Below are positions 1-9,383 of a stretch of DNA of 64,000 nucleotides, piece by piece. The translations under genes and the position numbers were made by a program. Source of the stretch: an uncultured Dehalococcoidia bacterium (lineage in GTDB: Bacteria; Chloroflexota; Dehalococcoidia; Lucifugimonadales; UBA826). Under the pieces are notes generated by a model. It was not told where the DNA came from and made no database searches. It saw only the letters and a list, made by a program, of their open reading frames with translations. The DNA lies in the NCBI GenBank assembly GCA_964602845.1, contig CAZRSW010000001.1, positions 13,018 through 77,017 of the forward strand, written 5' to 3'. How positions within the stretch are numbered: the first letter of the stretch is position 1; each line of letters begins with the position of its first letter.

Positions 1-1149
1 AAAACTTGATATTCGATCTAGAGCTTCTTCTAGCCGATCTGTTGAATTGGCGAAGGATATTCGTATGAACCCATCACCATATTTACCGAACGATTCACCT
101 GCTAATACAGCCACTCCCGCTTCCATTAGAAGATCGTCGGCGAATTTTTTGCTGGACATCTTCGTGCCCTGTATGTTCGGAAAGGCGTAGAAGGCTCCTT
201 TGGGGGTAGCACAGTGTATACCAGGAATAGAATTCAATCCCTTGACTACAAGCTCTCTGCGACTTTTGAATTCCTTGACCATGTTTTGGCAGTCTTTTTG
301 TGATCCCGTAATGGCTTCCAAGGCTGCTTTTTGTGTAAAACTTGCTGTACATGAAACACTGTTAGTGACGAGCCTTGATATCGGCTCTACGAGAGCCCTT
401 GGGAATATTCCATAGCCAATTCTCCAGCCGGTCATAGCGTAGGTTTTTGAGAATCCATCCAAAATTATAGTTCTGTTTTTCATGCCTGAGAATGTTGAGA
501 TGCTGTTGTGTTCACCTTCGTAAAGGAAGTGCATGTATATCTCATCGGACAGCACTGTGAGGTCATTTTCTATTGCTATATTGGCTAGTGACTCAAGATC
601 GCTTTTTGGGATAATGCTGCCACAGGGATTATTTGGAGAATTTATTATCATCAACTTCGTCTTTGCAGTTATCTGATTTTTTATCTCATCTACATCTATA
701 CTGAAGTCCTTGTTTTCATGAAGTTTCATAGGCACAGCGGTCCCCCCACAAAACTCAATCATGGATTCATAAATAGGGAATCCTGGGTTTGGGTAAAGTA
801 CTTCATCACCTTGCTCTATGAGGGCCATGATCGTGAAGAACATTATTGGCTTTCCGCCAGGGGTTACCACTACGTCTTGAGGATCCACGTTGATATTGCG
901 TGTTGAGGAAACTTCTTTGGCTATAACTTCCCTTAAGTCATTATATCCCGGCGATGGGTTATAGGAAGTGAAACCATTTGCTAGGGCGTCATTACCCGCT
1001 TTTATTATGTTACTCGGGGTGTTGAAATCTGGCTCACCAATCTCAAGATGAATAACATTTACTCCTTGAGATTCGAGAACTTGCGCCTTAGCTAAAATTT
1101 CGAATGCGGTTTCGGTACCAAGACGATCCATTCTTTTGGCCAATTTCAT
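1..1149 (-). CDS. Class I/II PLP-dependent aminotransferase (aspartate/aromatic type); extreme C-terminus cut by the window edge
   Basis: Absent from the ORF track because the frame runs off position 1 without a stop. My reverse-strand translation from ATG 1149 gives MKLAKRMDRLGTETAFEILAKAQ, NVIHLEIGEPDFN, IILDGFSKTYAMTGWRIGYG (PLP-lysine context) and FANSTDRLEEALDRISSF at the edge. Confidence 0.8.
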   Translation of the reverse strand, partial: MKLAKRMDRLGTETAFEILAKAQVLESQGVNVIHLEIGEPDFNTPSNIIKAGNDALANGFTSYNPSPGYNDLREVIAKEVSSTRNINVDPQDVVVTPGGKPIMFFTIMALIEQGDEVLYPNPGFPIYESMIEFCGGTAVPMKLHENKDFSIDVDEIKNQITAKTKLMIINSPNNPCGSIIPKSDLESLANIAIENDLTVLSDEIYMHFLYEGEHNSISTFSGMKNRTIILDGFSKTYAMTGWRIGYGIFPRALVEPISRLVTNSVSCTASFTQKAALEAITGSQKDCQNMVKEFKSRRELVVKGLNSIPGIHCATPKGAFYAFPNIQGTKMSSKKFADDLLMEAGVAVLAGESFGKYGDGFIRISFANSTDRLEEALDRISSF

Positions 1150-1274
1150 ATGCCAGTTTCCCCTAATACAGGTTGATGTTCACAATGATGAAAGCAAGTA
1201 TACAACGTGTCGTGGTAGGCACTCTACCCTTTTTCGGGAATTCCCCGAAATTTGCTATAACTTGAGGTTTGTTA

Positions 1275-1283
1275 TGCTAGAAT
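1275..1283 (+). promoter_or_regulatory. Candidate extended -10 promoter element upstream of ispH
   Basis: TGcTAGAAT matches the TGnTAnAAT extended -10 pattern about 50 nt upstream of the ispH start. No convincing -35 element. Confidence 0.3.
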
Positions 1284-1330
1284 CAGGCGGTAATGCCTTT
1301 TTATAACTTAAGACTCTGGAGTGGATTGTT

Positions 1331-2230
1331 TTGAAAGTATATCTTGGAGTACCACGCGGATTCTGTGCTGGGGTGGTGAGGGCGATTGACATTGTTGAAT
1401 TGGCTCTAAAAAAATATGGGAGCCCTATATACGTAAAACACCAAATAGTTCACAATCCTTTTGTTGTTGCTTCACTTGAAGAGAAAGGTGTTATTACTGT
1501 CGAAGATGTTCAGGAAATACCGCATGATGCTACGGTTGTTTTTTCTGCTCATGGTTCCCCGCCTGAAGATTTTCAGTTGGCGGAGGAACGGAATCTCAAT
1601 GTGATAGATGCGACCTGTCCTCTTGTCACCCGGGTTCATAATGAGGCCAGGAAGTATTCTAATGAAGGCCGCAAGTTGGTTTTAGTCGGTCATAGGGGAC
1701 ACCAAGAAGTTAAAGGTACGATGGGACAATCTGATATGTTTCTCGTTGATGATCGTGAGCCATTTCAGGTTCCTGATTGGGACAGTAAAACACCCATAAG
1801 TGTGATAACCCAGACGACATTGTCAGTAGAGGATACGGAACGGTCAATCAATAATATTGAACGTGAATTTTCCGATGTCGTCGTGAGAAATGATTTATGT
1901 TACGCGACGACCAACAGACAAATGGCTGTAAAAAAGATATGTGATCACGTTGAACTGTTTTTAGTAATCGGTTCCAAAAACAGTTCAAACTGTAATCGTC
2001 TACGAGAAGTGGCTAGCAGTAACGGAGTACAGGCTTATCTTATAAATAGTGTCCAAGAACTGGACTTAACTTGGCTTGAAGATGTTGAAAATGTTGGGAT
2101 CACTTCAGGAGCATCGACTCCAGATAGTTTGGTAGAGGATATTATCAAGTTGCTGGACCCTAGTGAGGTCATAAAAATGGGTGGTGATGAGGAAAACATC
2201 ACTTTTAAGTTACCGTCTGAGGTGCTTTAG
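1331..2230 (+). CDS. ispH: 4-hydroxy-3-methylbut-2-enyl diphosphate reductase
   Basis: 299 aa. GFCAGVVRAIDIVE, ATCPLVTRVH and NSSNCNRL cysteine motifs match the IspH/LytB Fe-S enzyme. TTG start. Confidence 0.9.
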   Translation: MKVYLGVPRGFCAGVVRAIDIVELALKKYGSPIYVKHQIVHNPFVVASLEEKGVITVEDVQEIPHDATVVFSAHGSPPEDFQLAEERNLNVIDATCPLVTRVHNEARKYSNEGRKLVLVGHRGHQEVKGTMGQSDMFLVDDREPFQVPDWDSKTPISVITQTTLSVEDTERSINNIEREFSDVVVRNDLCYATTNRQMAVKKICDHVELFLVIGSKNSSNCNRLREVASSNGVQAYLINSVQELDLTWLEDVENVGITSGASTPDSLVEDIIKLLDPSEVIKMGGDEENITFKLPSEVL

Positions 2231-2264
2231 AATCGGCTAATCCCATGGTATTTAGGAAAAAAAA

Positions 2265-2951
2265 TTGAAAATAAAAATGGGAAGTTTGATTCAGGGTGCC
2301 AGAGAGGCTGAAGGTGTAGTAGTAATTATTGACGTGTTCCGTTGCTTTACTACAGAAGCCATAGCATTCGAACGAGGAGCCGAAAAGATAGTTTTGGTCT
2401 CCGAGGTAAATGAGGCTCTGGAACTTAAGAAAGCGGGAGTGGGGCATATCGTGATTGGTGAGGTGGGCGGTAGTAAGCCTAAATTTTTTGATTACGGTAA
2501 TTCTCCCTACGAGCTTATGGGTGCCGATCTCAAAGGTAAAACGATAATCCAGTCTACTAGGGCAGGGACTGTGGGTGTTGTTGCCGCCAATGAGGCACAT
2601 GAAATATATGGTGGATCGTTGGCTGTCGCCAGTGCCACTGTGTCTGCTATCTCCCGGAGCAATCCTGATGTTGTTACTCTAGTGGCCATGGGGTTGGAGG
2701 GCAAAATTAAGGCTGATGAGGATGAGCAATGTGCCCTTTATATGCGTAATTTACTCCAGGGTCGAAATCCGGATATCAAGGCCTTAACATCCTTGATACT
2801 TTCAGGTGAAGAATCGCAAAAATATGATGATCCCAGTAAACCCCAATGGCCATTGGAGGATAGAGAAATGGCATTGACTGTCGATTCCCACAATTTTTCA
2901 CTTAGGATTCGTAAAGAAGAGGGTTTATTGGTTGCTCGGCCAGAAAGGTAA
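2265..2951 (+). CDS. ComB-like 2-phosphosulfolactate phosphatase family protein
   Basis: 228 aa. VVVIIDVFRCFTTEAIAFERGAEKIVLV matches the IDV(L/F)R..T core of the ComB family. Physiological role unknown. Confidence 0.55.
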   Translation: MKIKMGSLIQGAREAEGVVVIIDVFRCFTTEAIAFERGAEKIVLVSEVNEALELKKAGVGHIVIGEVGGSKPKFFDYGNSPYELMGADLKGKTIIQSTRAGTVGVVAANEAHEIYGGSLAVASATVSAISRSNPDVVTLVAMGLEGKIKADEDEQCALYMRNLLQGRNPDIKALTSLILSGEESQKYDDPSKPQWPLEDREMALTVDSHNFSLRIRKEEGLLVARPER

Positions 2952-2980
2952 CAAGGGAGTTTTGAAGGAAGGTTAATTAA

Positions 2981-3907
2981 TTGATATATAGACAACTAGG
3001 TTCTTCAGGGCTCAGGGTCTCCAGCATTGGCCTAGGAACTAACAACTTTGGGACACGGGTAGATAAGTCTGCAACCAACAGAATAGTCAGTCAGGCCTTA
3101 GATTTAGGGATAAATCTTATAGACACTTCCAACAGCTATGGTGGTACATTGTCTGAAGAATTTATTGGAAGTGCGTTGAAGGGAAGAAGGGAAGAAGCTG
3201 TGATAGCGACAAAGGTTTCCAGTCGTATGGGAGAAGGCCCTAACCAGTCTGGGAATTCTAGAAAACATATCATGCATGAAGTAGAAAGAAGTTTAATGCG
3301 ATTAGAGACAGATTATATTGATTTATATCAAATACATTGGTGGGATGAATCGACACCTTTACATGAAACATTGATGACTCTCGACGATCTTGTTAAACAG
3401 GGAAAGATAAGATATTTTGGCTGTTCCAACTTTTCTGCTTGGCAGGTGTGCGAGGCGATTTGGACTTCCCGAGCTATTGGGATAAATACATTTGTTAGCG
3501 TACAACCTCATTACAGTATGTTGGAGCGGTCAGTAGAGGATGAATTGATTCCCTTTTGCGATAATTATCACCTGGGGGTTCTACCATATTTCCCATTAGC
3601 GAATGGATTTCTCACTGGGAAGTATAGAAAGGGGTTACCTCTACCGGAGGGAACTAGGTTGCAGGCAGATGATAGAGGGCTGTTGAGTGAAAGAAATCTC
3701 GATCTCATAGAAGATCTGACGGAATTTTGTTCAAGTAGAGAGAAGAGTGTTTTGGACTTGGCATTTGCTTGGTTACTCAATAACGACTCCGTGAGTTCCG
3801 TTATTGCAGGTGCTATGAATGCCGAGCAAGTTTCTTTAAACGCCGCTGCGGTGAATTGGGAACTTACTGCGGATGAATATCGTAGCGTGACTTCACTTTT
3901 ATCATAG
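2981..3907 (+). CDS. Aldo/keto reductase
   Basis: 308 aa. YRQLGSSGLRVSSIGLGT, DTSNSYGG and LYQIHWWD are AKR signatures. TTG start. Confidence 0.85.
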   Translation: MIYRQLGSSGLRVSSIGLGTNNFGTRVDKSATNRIVSQALDLGINLIDTSNSYGGTLSEEFIGSALKGRREEAVIATKVSSRMGEGPNQSGNSRKHIMHEVERSLMRLETDYIDLYQIHWWDESTPLHETLMTLDDLVKQGKIRYFGCSNFSAWQVCEAIWTSRAIGINTFVSVQPHYSMLERSVEDELIPFCDNYHLGVLPYFPLANGFLTGKYRKGLPLPEGTRLQADDRGLLSERNLDLIEDLTEFCSSREKSVLDLAFAWLLNNDSVSSVIAGAMNAEQVSLNAAAVNWELTADEYRSVTSLLS

Positions 3908-3910
3908 GGC

Positions 3911-4492
3911 CTAATCAATAGATGGGGAATCTTCTCCTGGTTGGACGTCGAATGCGTTAAGCACACATGCTATCATCAGATAATATCCAAATGTGCTGAT
4001 TAAATCCGTTATACCTTTGGTTCCAAACTTTTCGAGGGCGTTCTGATAGGTTTCCTCGGTAATTCTTTTTGTCCGTATCAACTGTCTACCAAAGTCTATA
4101 ACCAGACGTTGCTCAGATGATAAATTTTCTAAGGGCTTTCTTTGTCTTACGGTTTCGATCACATGGGTTTGTATTCCCGCTGCCATAGCATGTTTTACAT
4201 GGGCAGACCATTCGTAATTGCAATTCATCTCTATCGCGGCTGTAATGATGCCCAATTCTCTGATTCCGTCCGGAAGCACGGATCTAAACCTTAAATATTC
4301 TCCTAAGTGGGCCGTTCGTGCTGCTAATTCCGGGCTGTTTAGCAGAACCGCAAAAGGACCACGTACGGCGCCTCGGGTATCTGATATTTCTTTGTATATA
4401 TGACGATCCTCTGGAGACAAGTCCGATTCATTTTCTATTTTTATAACTCGGGTCATATATATCTCCTGTGTCCCTTCAATAGTTCCGCTCAT
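3911..4492 (-). CDS. Carboxymuconolactone decarboxylase (AhpD-like) family protein
   Basis: 193 aa. The SPELAARTAHLGEYLRF and EWSAHVKHA pattern is typical of the CMD family. Confidence 0.65.
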   Translation of the reverse strand: MSGTIEGTQEIYMTRVIKIENESDLSPEDRHIYKEISDTRGAVRGPFAVLLNSPELAARTAHLGEYLRFRSVLPDGIRELGIITAAIEMNCNYEWSAHVKHAMAAGIQTHVIETVRQRKPLENLSSEQRLVIDFGRQLIRTKRITEETYQNALEKFGTKGITDLISTFGYYLMIACVLNAFDVQPGEDSPSID

Positions 4493-4728
4493 TATTGTCT
4501 AAAAGTAATATGTGTAGATAGTTGCAGTAGCTAATGGGTACCGGTACCTTTTGCAAGGACAATTCTTGGCGTGTCGAATGTCACTTTATTTGGAGGTGTT
4601 GGTTGAAGGCAATGGATCCCCTCGCGAAGTATCTCGTGGGGCTATTAATTTATTATTGAGACTAGGAAGTCTGATTCCAATACTTTCCGATTCTTGATCT
4701 GAGGCTCACGGCCTCAAAGTTAAAAGCT

Positions 4729-4947
4729 TCAACCCACTCCGTGAAATCCGACCTCGACTTCATCTCCCTTTAACAGTACGGGGGTGATTCGTTCGCCTCC
4801 GGTCAATGTTTCTAGATGCGACCACTGCTCAGGGTTAAGCGCCAAATCTATTTCCTCGAAGTCAATGGACGATTCATTGAGCTCTTCTCTAAGCGCATCT
4901 GAATAAGTGCAGTCTGGGTGGCTATAAAGGACAATATTTTGCTTCAC
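4729..4947 (-). CDS. Glutaredoxin-like small thioredoxin-fold protein (CxxS variant)
   Basis: 72 aa. IVLYSHPDCTYSDALREEL followed by ITPVLL..G matches the glutaredoxin/YruB-like layout, but the second Cys is replaced by Ser. Confidence 0.6.
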   Translation of the reverse strand: MKQNIVLYSHPDCTYSDALREELNESSIDFEEIDLALNPEQWSHLETLTGGERITPVLLKGDEVEVGFHGVG

Positions 4948-5099
4948 TTATGAATCCTCGGTCATAGCTTGTTAGATGTATATACCTATTCTAAGTAATA
5001 ATCTGACCTCTTGTAAAATCGCGATCAACTTTGGGTCAAATATAAAGTTATAATCAAGATAGTAGATATTGATTAAGAGAACAATATGGAGGATGGGAC

Positions 5100-6083
5100 T
5101 TGCTTAACAAGGAATTCGCCAAGGTAGGTAAAACAAATGTTATGGTTAGCCGTTTGGGGATGGGAGGAGCGCCTCTAGGAGGATTGTTTTTTGATGGTGG
5201 CGATTTAGTAGCTAGGGAATCCCTAGAAGCTGCATATGAGGGAGGTATCCGATACTTTGATACAGCACCTTTGTATGGCAGTGGGGTAAGTGAAAATCGA
5301 TTTGGTGCGTTTCTGAGAACGGTTCCTCGTGATAGCTTCACCTTATCTACTAAGGTGGGTAGATTGATAGAACCTGGAGATTTTGAAGATGATTCTGATC
5401 ATTTTCCAAACGCGCCGAAGTCAAATGTTATCTTCGATTATTCCAGAGAAGGTGTGTTGAGATCTATTGATGATAGCCTTTTAAGACTAGGCTTGGATAG
5501 GATCGATATTGTGTTTATACATGATCCAGATGATCACTATAAAGAGGCCATTGAGGAGGCGTTACCCACACTAATCGAACTGCGTGCCCAGGGCATTGTC
5601 AAAGCTATAGGGGTCGGGATGAACCAATGGGAAATGTGCGCTAGGTTTGCTCTAGAAGGCGACTTCGATGTTTTTTTGATCGCTGGGCGGTATACATTGT
5701 TGGATTATTCGGCTTTAAGTGAATTTCTGCCGATCTGTGTGAATAAGTCAATTAGTGTGGTAGTGGGTGGCCCATACAACAGTGGTATTTTAGCCTCGGA
5801 TCTTGGGCCAGATACTACCTACTTTTATGAGAAAGCGCCGCCAGAGGTAATAGATCGCGCAAAGGATATAAAGCGAGTTTGTGATAGATACAAGGTTCCA
5901 TTGAAAGCGGCTGCATTAAGATTTGGGTTGCTGCATCCAGCTGTAGTCGCTACTATTCCTGGTGCTCGTAGTCCAGAGGAAGTTCAAGATAATATAGAGA
6001 TGATGTCCTTTGAAATCCCCCATATTATGTGGGAAGAGTTAAAAGATAAGAATCTTTTGTCATCGGAAATACCATTGGGTTAA
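5100..6083 (+). CDS. Aldo/keto reductase, aldose (L-fucose/D-threo-aldose) 1-dehydrogenase-like
   Basis: 327 aa. GKTNVMVSRLGMGGAPLG, YFDTAPLYG and IVFIHDPD motifs. GGAGG lies 7 nt upstream of TTG 5100. Followed by a mutarotase and a lactonase. Confidence 0.75.
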   Translation: MLNKEFAKVGKTNVMVSRLGMGGAPLGGLFFDGGDLVARESLEAAYEGGIRYFDTAPLYGSGVSENRFGAFLRTVPRDSFTLSTKVGRLIEPGDFEDDSDHFPNAPKSNVIFDYSREGVLRSIDDSLLRLGLDRIDIVFIHDPDDHYKEAIEEALPTLIELRAQGIVKAIGVGMNQWEMCARFALEGDFDVFLIAGRYTLLDYSALSEFLPICVNKSISVVVGGPYNSGILASDLGPDTTYFYEKAPPEVIDRAKDIKRVCDRYKVPLKAAALRFGLLHPAVVATIPGARSPEEVQDNIEMMSFEIPHIMWEELKDKNLLSSEIPLG

Positions 6084-6138
6084 AAATGTCGTGAGTCTAT
6101 CGAACAAGAACCGAAAATAGAGTAGGAAGGGCATCTTC

Positions 6139-6477
6139 ATGAAGACGTATGCAATGGCGCTAGATCTTATTGATGAGTCGGATGTGATCGAGGAGTATAA
6201 GAGATATCATCGGAATGTATGGCCAGAGGTTAAAGATGGATTATCTCAAATAGGTGTTGAGGAGATGAAGATATTTCTCCTTGGCGACCGATTGTTTATG
6301 GTTCTAAGGGTGGTAGAAGGATTCAAACTGGAAAAGGATTTCCAAAAATATGCTGAGTCTTCTAGCAAAGCAAAAGAATGGGATCAACTGATGAGGCAGT
6401 TTCAAAGGAAAGTACCCGGGGTAGCGGAAGATGTATGGTGGGCCCCCATGGAGGAAGTTTTTGACCTTAACTGGTAA
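6139..6477 (+). CDS. L-rhamnose mutarotase (RhaM/DUF718) family protein
   Basis: 112 aa. EEYKRYHRNVWPEV ... LFMVLRV ... VWWAPMEEVF follows the RhaM family pattern. Confidence 0.8.
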   Translation: MKTYAMALDLIDESDVIEEYKRYHRNVWPEVKDGLSQIGVEEMKIFLLGDRLFMVLRVVEGFKLEKDFQKYAESSSKAKEWDQLMRQFQRKVPGVAEDVWWAPMEEVFDLNW

Positions 6478-7327
6478 TGACGGTAGTGATTATGGATCGA
6501 TTGATAGTCACCACCATCTGTGGGATGTAGGAAAATTTGAGTACCCGTGGATGCCCCGGGATAACGGTATTCTCAGGAGGAACTATCTTCCAGATGATCT
6601 TGAGCCAAACATTCTCAATGTCGGTGTTGGATCCACAATAGTTGTTCAAGCAACGCATAATATCTTAGAGTCTAAATTTCTTCTCTATCTTGCATCGCAT
6701 ACGGAATGGATAGCTGGAGTGGTTGCATGGGTTGATCTCCATTCGGCGGATGTTGAGAAAGTAATCGAAGAATTAATGTCCCTAGGGCCATTGGTTGGAA
6801 TAAGGCATCAAGTTGAAGATGATCCAGATGATGATTGGCTTGTGAGTGATCTGTCCATTCGGGGTCTGACGGCCGTCGCGAATCAGAATTTAGCATATGA
6901 CATGCTTATAAAACCCCGACACTTAAAACATATACCGGTTGTTGCAGATAGGGTTCCTAATCTAAGAATGGTTATCGACCATATTGCCAAACCGTTTATA
7001 GGTCAGGAGATTATGGAACCTTGGGCGACGGATATGATGGATGTAGCAGAGGCTTCAGGAGCCTTTTGCAAGGTGTCAGGGATGGTGACTCAAGCCAACA
7101 AAGATAAGTGGGCTGCCGTAGATTTCAGGCCTTATGTGAAATGCATTCGCGAGATTTATGGAGTAGATCGTCTGATGTGGGGTAGTGATTGGCCGGTTTG
7201 TCTTTTGGCTGCTGACTATAATACGGTGCTAGATATTGCCTTGGATGCTATGGGATCTATGTCGGATAAAGATCGGCATCGGTTTCTATCAGGATCAGCG
7301 TCAGAGTTTTACAGTATTTCAAAATAA
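6431..7327 (+). CDS. Amidohydrolase-2 family lactonase (L-fucono-1,5-lactonase-like)
   Basis: IDSHHHLWD metal-binding N-terminus and a C-terminal WGSDWPV motif. The real start may be in-frame TTG 6461, which would reduce the overlap with the mutarotase. Confidence 0.75.
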   Translation: MYGGPPWRKFLTLTGNDGSDYGSIDSHHHLWDVGKFEYPWMPRDNGILRRNYLPDDLEPNILNVGVGSTIVVQATHNILESKFLLYLASHTEWIAGVVAWVDLHSADVEKVIEELMSLGPLVGIRHQVEDDPDDDWLVSDLSIRGLTAVANQNLAYDMLIKPRHLKHIPVVADRVPNLRMVIDHIAKPFIGQEIMEPWATDMMDVAEASGAFCKVSGMVTQANKDKWAAVDFRPYVKCIREIYGVDRLMWGSDWPVCLLAADYNTVLDIALDAMGSMSDKDRHRFLSGSASEFYSISK

Positions 7328-7353
7328 TCTAGTTATGCAGATCAGGATTTAGT

Positions 7354-7704
7354 GTGGAATTTCAACTTGAAGATTGTGAGAGCTTGGGGAAGGGTAGTGT
7401 TTCCCTCACAGAAAAAGTAATTAGAGAGTACCTAGATGTCTTGGACTGCTGGAGGCTAATAGACTCTGTACCATTGAGGTTGACAAAATCTTTTATTTTT
7501 GATGACTATGAGGGTGCATTTATCTTTGTTGTTCATATTAAAGATATTTCCGTTGAACAAAATCATCACCCGAGAATTGTTTTCGAATATGGCACTGTCG
7601 AGGTTACTTGGTGGACTCATGTTCTGAAAGGACTACACCGGAATGATTACATTATGGCTGCGAAAACCGATGCAATGTTCCACAGATTATTTTGCAAGAC
7701 ATGA
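7354..7704 (+). CDS. Pterin-4a-carbinolamine dehydratase (PCD/DCoH)
   Basis: 116 aa. EQNHHPRIVFEYGTVEVTWWTH is the PCD core. GTG start. Confidence 0.8.
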   Translation: MEFQLEDCESLGKGSVSLTEKVIREYLDVLDCWRLIDSVPLRLTKSFIFDDYEGAFIFVVHIKDISVEQNHHPRIVFEYGTVEVTWWTHVLKGLHRNDYIMAAKTDAMFHRLFCKT

Positions 7705-7807
7705 TCATGCCTCAGATATATTTAATAATTGACAATTAAACACATAAGTTTGGATATGGAAGAATTCGGTCGTCGAGCCCATATTAAATGGTTTAGAGGA
7801 AGATAAT

Positions 7808-8449
7808 ATGCCATCTTACTACCCAGCATTCATAAATGTAAGTGATAGGACATGTGTCGTAGTGGGGGGCGGTAGTGTTGGTGAAGAGAAAGTGAAAAAA
7901 CTTCTGGAGTGCGGCGCTAAAGTGCGAGTGATTAGTCCAGTTATCACTAAGACGCTTTCCAACTTACAGGCCGAAGGCAAAATTGAATGGTGGCAGCGGG
8001 AATATCAGGTGAATGACTTGGCTGATGCGTTTATCGCAGTGTCTGCTACTGGGGTTCACTCCGTGGATTTGGATATCTCGGAGGAATGTTCTCAACGGAA
8101 TATATTGCTTAATGTAGTAGATGTTACGCATCTTTGTACTTTTATTGTTCCTTCAATTGCTACTAGGGGGGATGTTACTGTGGCGACCTCCACCGGAGGT
8201 ATGAGTCCTGCTCTCGCAAGAACATTCAGGGAGAAACTGCAGGAGAGCACTATACTTGAATATGCTGACTTGTCTAATATTCTATCGTGGGCCAGAAAAG
8301 TGGTTAAAGAGAGGGAGTGGGATATTGAACCAGGATATTGGCAAAATTGTATTCATGAGGAACTTTTGAGATTGGTTCAATCCGGACAGGAAGAAGAAGC
8401 CAAGGTAATGTTGATGTCTTGCTTGAAGAAAGGTGTTATTAATCACTAG
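7808..8449 (+). CDS. sirC: Precorrin-2 dehydrogenase / sirohydrochlorin ferrochelatase (SirC, CysG N-terminal type)
   Basis: 213 aa. VVVGGGSVGEEKVKKLLECGAKVRVISP Rossmann motif. Located upstream of hemC-cobA/hemD-hemB. Confidence 0.75.
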   Translation: MPSYYPAFINVSDRTCVVVGGGSVGEEKVKKLLECGAKVRVISPVITKTLSNLQAEGKIEWWQREYQVNDLADAFIAVSATGVHSVDLDISEECSQRNILLNVVDVTHLCTFIVPSIATRGDVTVATSTGGMSPALARTFREKLQESTILEYADLSNILSWARKVVKEREWDIEPGYWQNCIHEELLRLVQSGQEEEAKVMLMSCLKKGVINH

Positions 8450-8465
8450 GAGATTTCCTTTTCAA

Positions 8466-9383
8466 ATGACGTCTGAGAGTTCGATCAAAATAGCAACGAG
8501 GTCAAGCAAGCTAGCCTTGTTACAAACGGAAGAAGTTATCAAGATGTTGCAACTTGCCCTACCTTATCAGTCGTTCGAGATAATAACCCATCGATCTGAA
8601 GGTGACATAAATAAGTCTGCCCCATTGTCTACTATGAAACGTGGAATGTTTGCCAAGGGGATAGAGCAAATTTTGTTAGATGGGAAGGCCGATGTTGCGG
8701 TTCATAGTGCCAAGGACGTGCCCTCCTATATACCAGAGGGTTTAGCCATAGCTGGTTTTAGTAGGAGGCTTGATCCAAGGGATGTGTTGGTTGGAAATAT
8801 TCCTGCTAGTCTTTCAGGACTTCCACATGGTGCCTCTCTAGGTACAAGTAGTCAGCGGAGGTCATGCCAACTTTTGAATGCTAGACCTGATTTAGATATT
8901 GTTTCTGTTAGGGGGAACGTTGACTCCCGGCTTAAGCTGCCATCCCAAGGAGTAGTTCATGCTGTGGTATTGGCCGCTGCTGGGATTGAAAGACTTGGTC
9001 GGGGCCAGGAAATTTCCGGATATTTGTCTATAGAAGAATCGATCCCAGATGTTGGACAAGGAGCGCTGATCGTAGAATGCAGAGATGATGAGACGTTAGA
9101 TTTATTACAAGGTATTGGACATGTGGAGACCTCTGTCGCTGTTACAGCAGAAAGAGCGTTTCTGGCAGCAATAGAAGGGGGATGCAATTCCCCAGTCGCT
9201 GCCCACGCGGAAATGATAGGCGCTGAATTACTTCTTCGTACAATGGCAGGCACGGCTGATGGTAAGGAAATTTACAGGTCTGAGACTAGAGCACATGTGT
9301 CGGATCCGATAAGCGCAGGTAAATTAGCTGCACAAAATTTGCTTGATGTTGGCGCATGGAAAATGTATAAGGCAAATCTATGA
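8466..9383 (+). CDS. hemC: Hydroxymethylbilane synthase (porphobilinogen deaminase)
   Basis: The canonical N-terminus MTSESSIKIATRSSKLALLQTEEV starts at ATG 8466. The track start 8433 is an in-frame 5' extension overlapping sirC. Confidence 0.9.
   Translation: MTSESSIKIATRSSKLALLQTEEVIKMLQLALPYQSFEIITHRSEGDINKSAPLSTMKRGMFAKGIEQILLDGKADVAVHSAKDVPSYIPEGLAIAGFSRRLDPRDVLVGNIPASLSGLPHGASLGTSSQRRSCQLLNARPDLDIVSVRGNVDSRLKLPSQGVVHAVVLAAAGIERLGRGQEISGYLSIEESIPDVGQGALIVECRDDETLDLLQGIGHVETSVAVTAERAFLAAIEGGCNSPVAAHAEMIGAELLLRTMAGTADGKEIYRSETRAHVSDPISAGKLAAQNLLDVGAWKMYKANL

Noticed and set aside
1232-1250. The near-palindrome TTTCGGGAATTCCCCGAAA between the aminotransferase gene and ispH.
   Set aside because: It is imperfect (GGG vs CCCC), there is a single copy, and no regulator is nearby. 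Evidence is too weak to call an operator.
4534-4659. A 41-codon ORF with three Cys residues (MGTGTFCKDNSWRVECHFIWRCWLKAMD...) in the CMD-grx spacer.
   Set aside because: It has no RBS, its composition is not protein-like, and it overlaps the palindrome and hairpin that better explain the sequence.
7756-7806. A 16-codon uORF (MEEFGRRAHIKWFRGR) ending 1 nt before the sirC start.
   Set aside because: There is no Shine-Dalgarno sequence upstream and no obvious regulatory codon bias. It is probably chance in an AT-rich leader.
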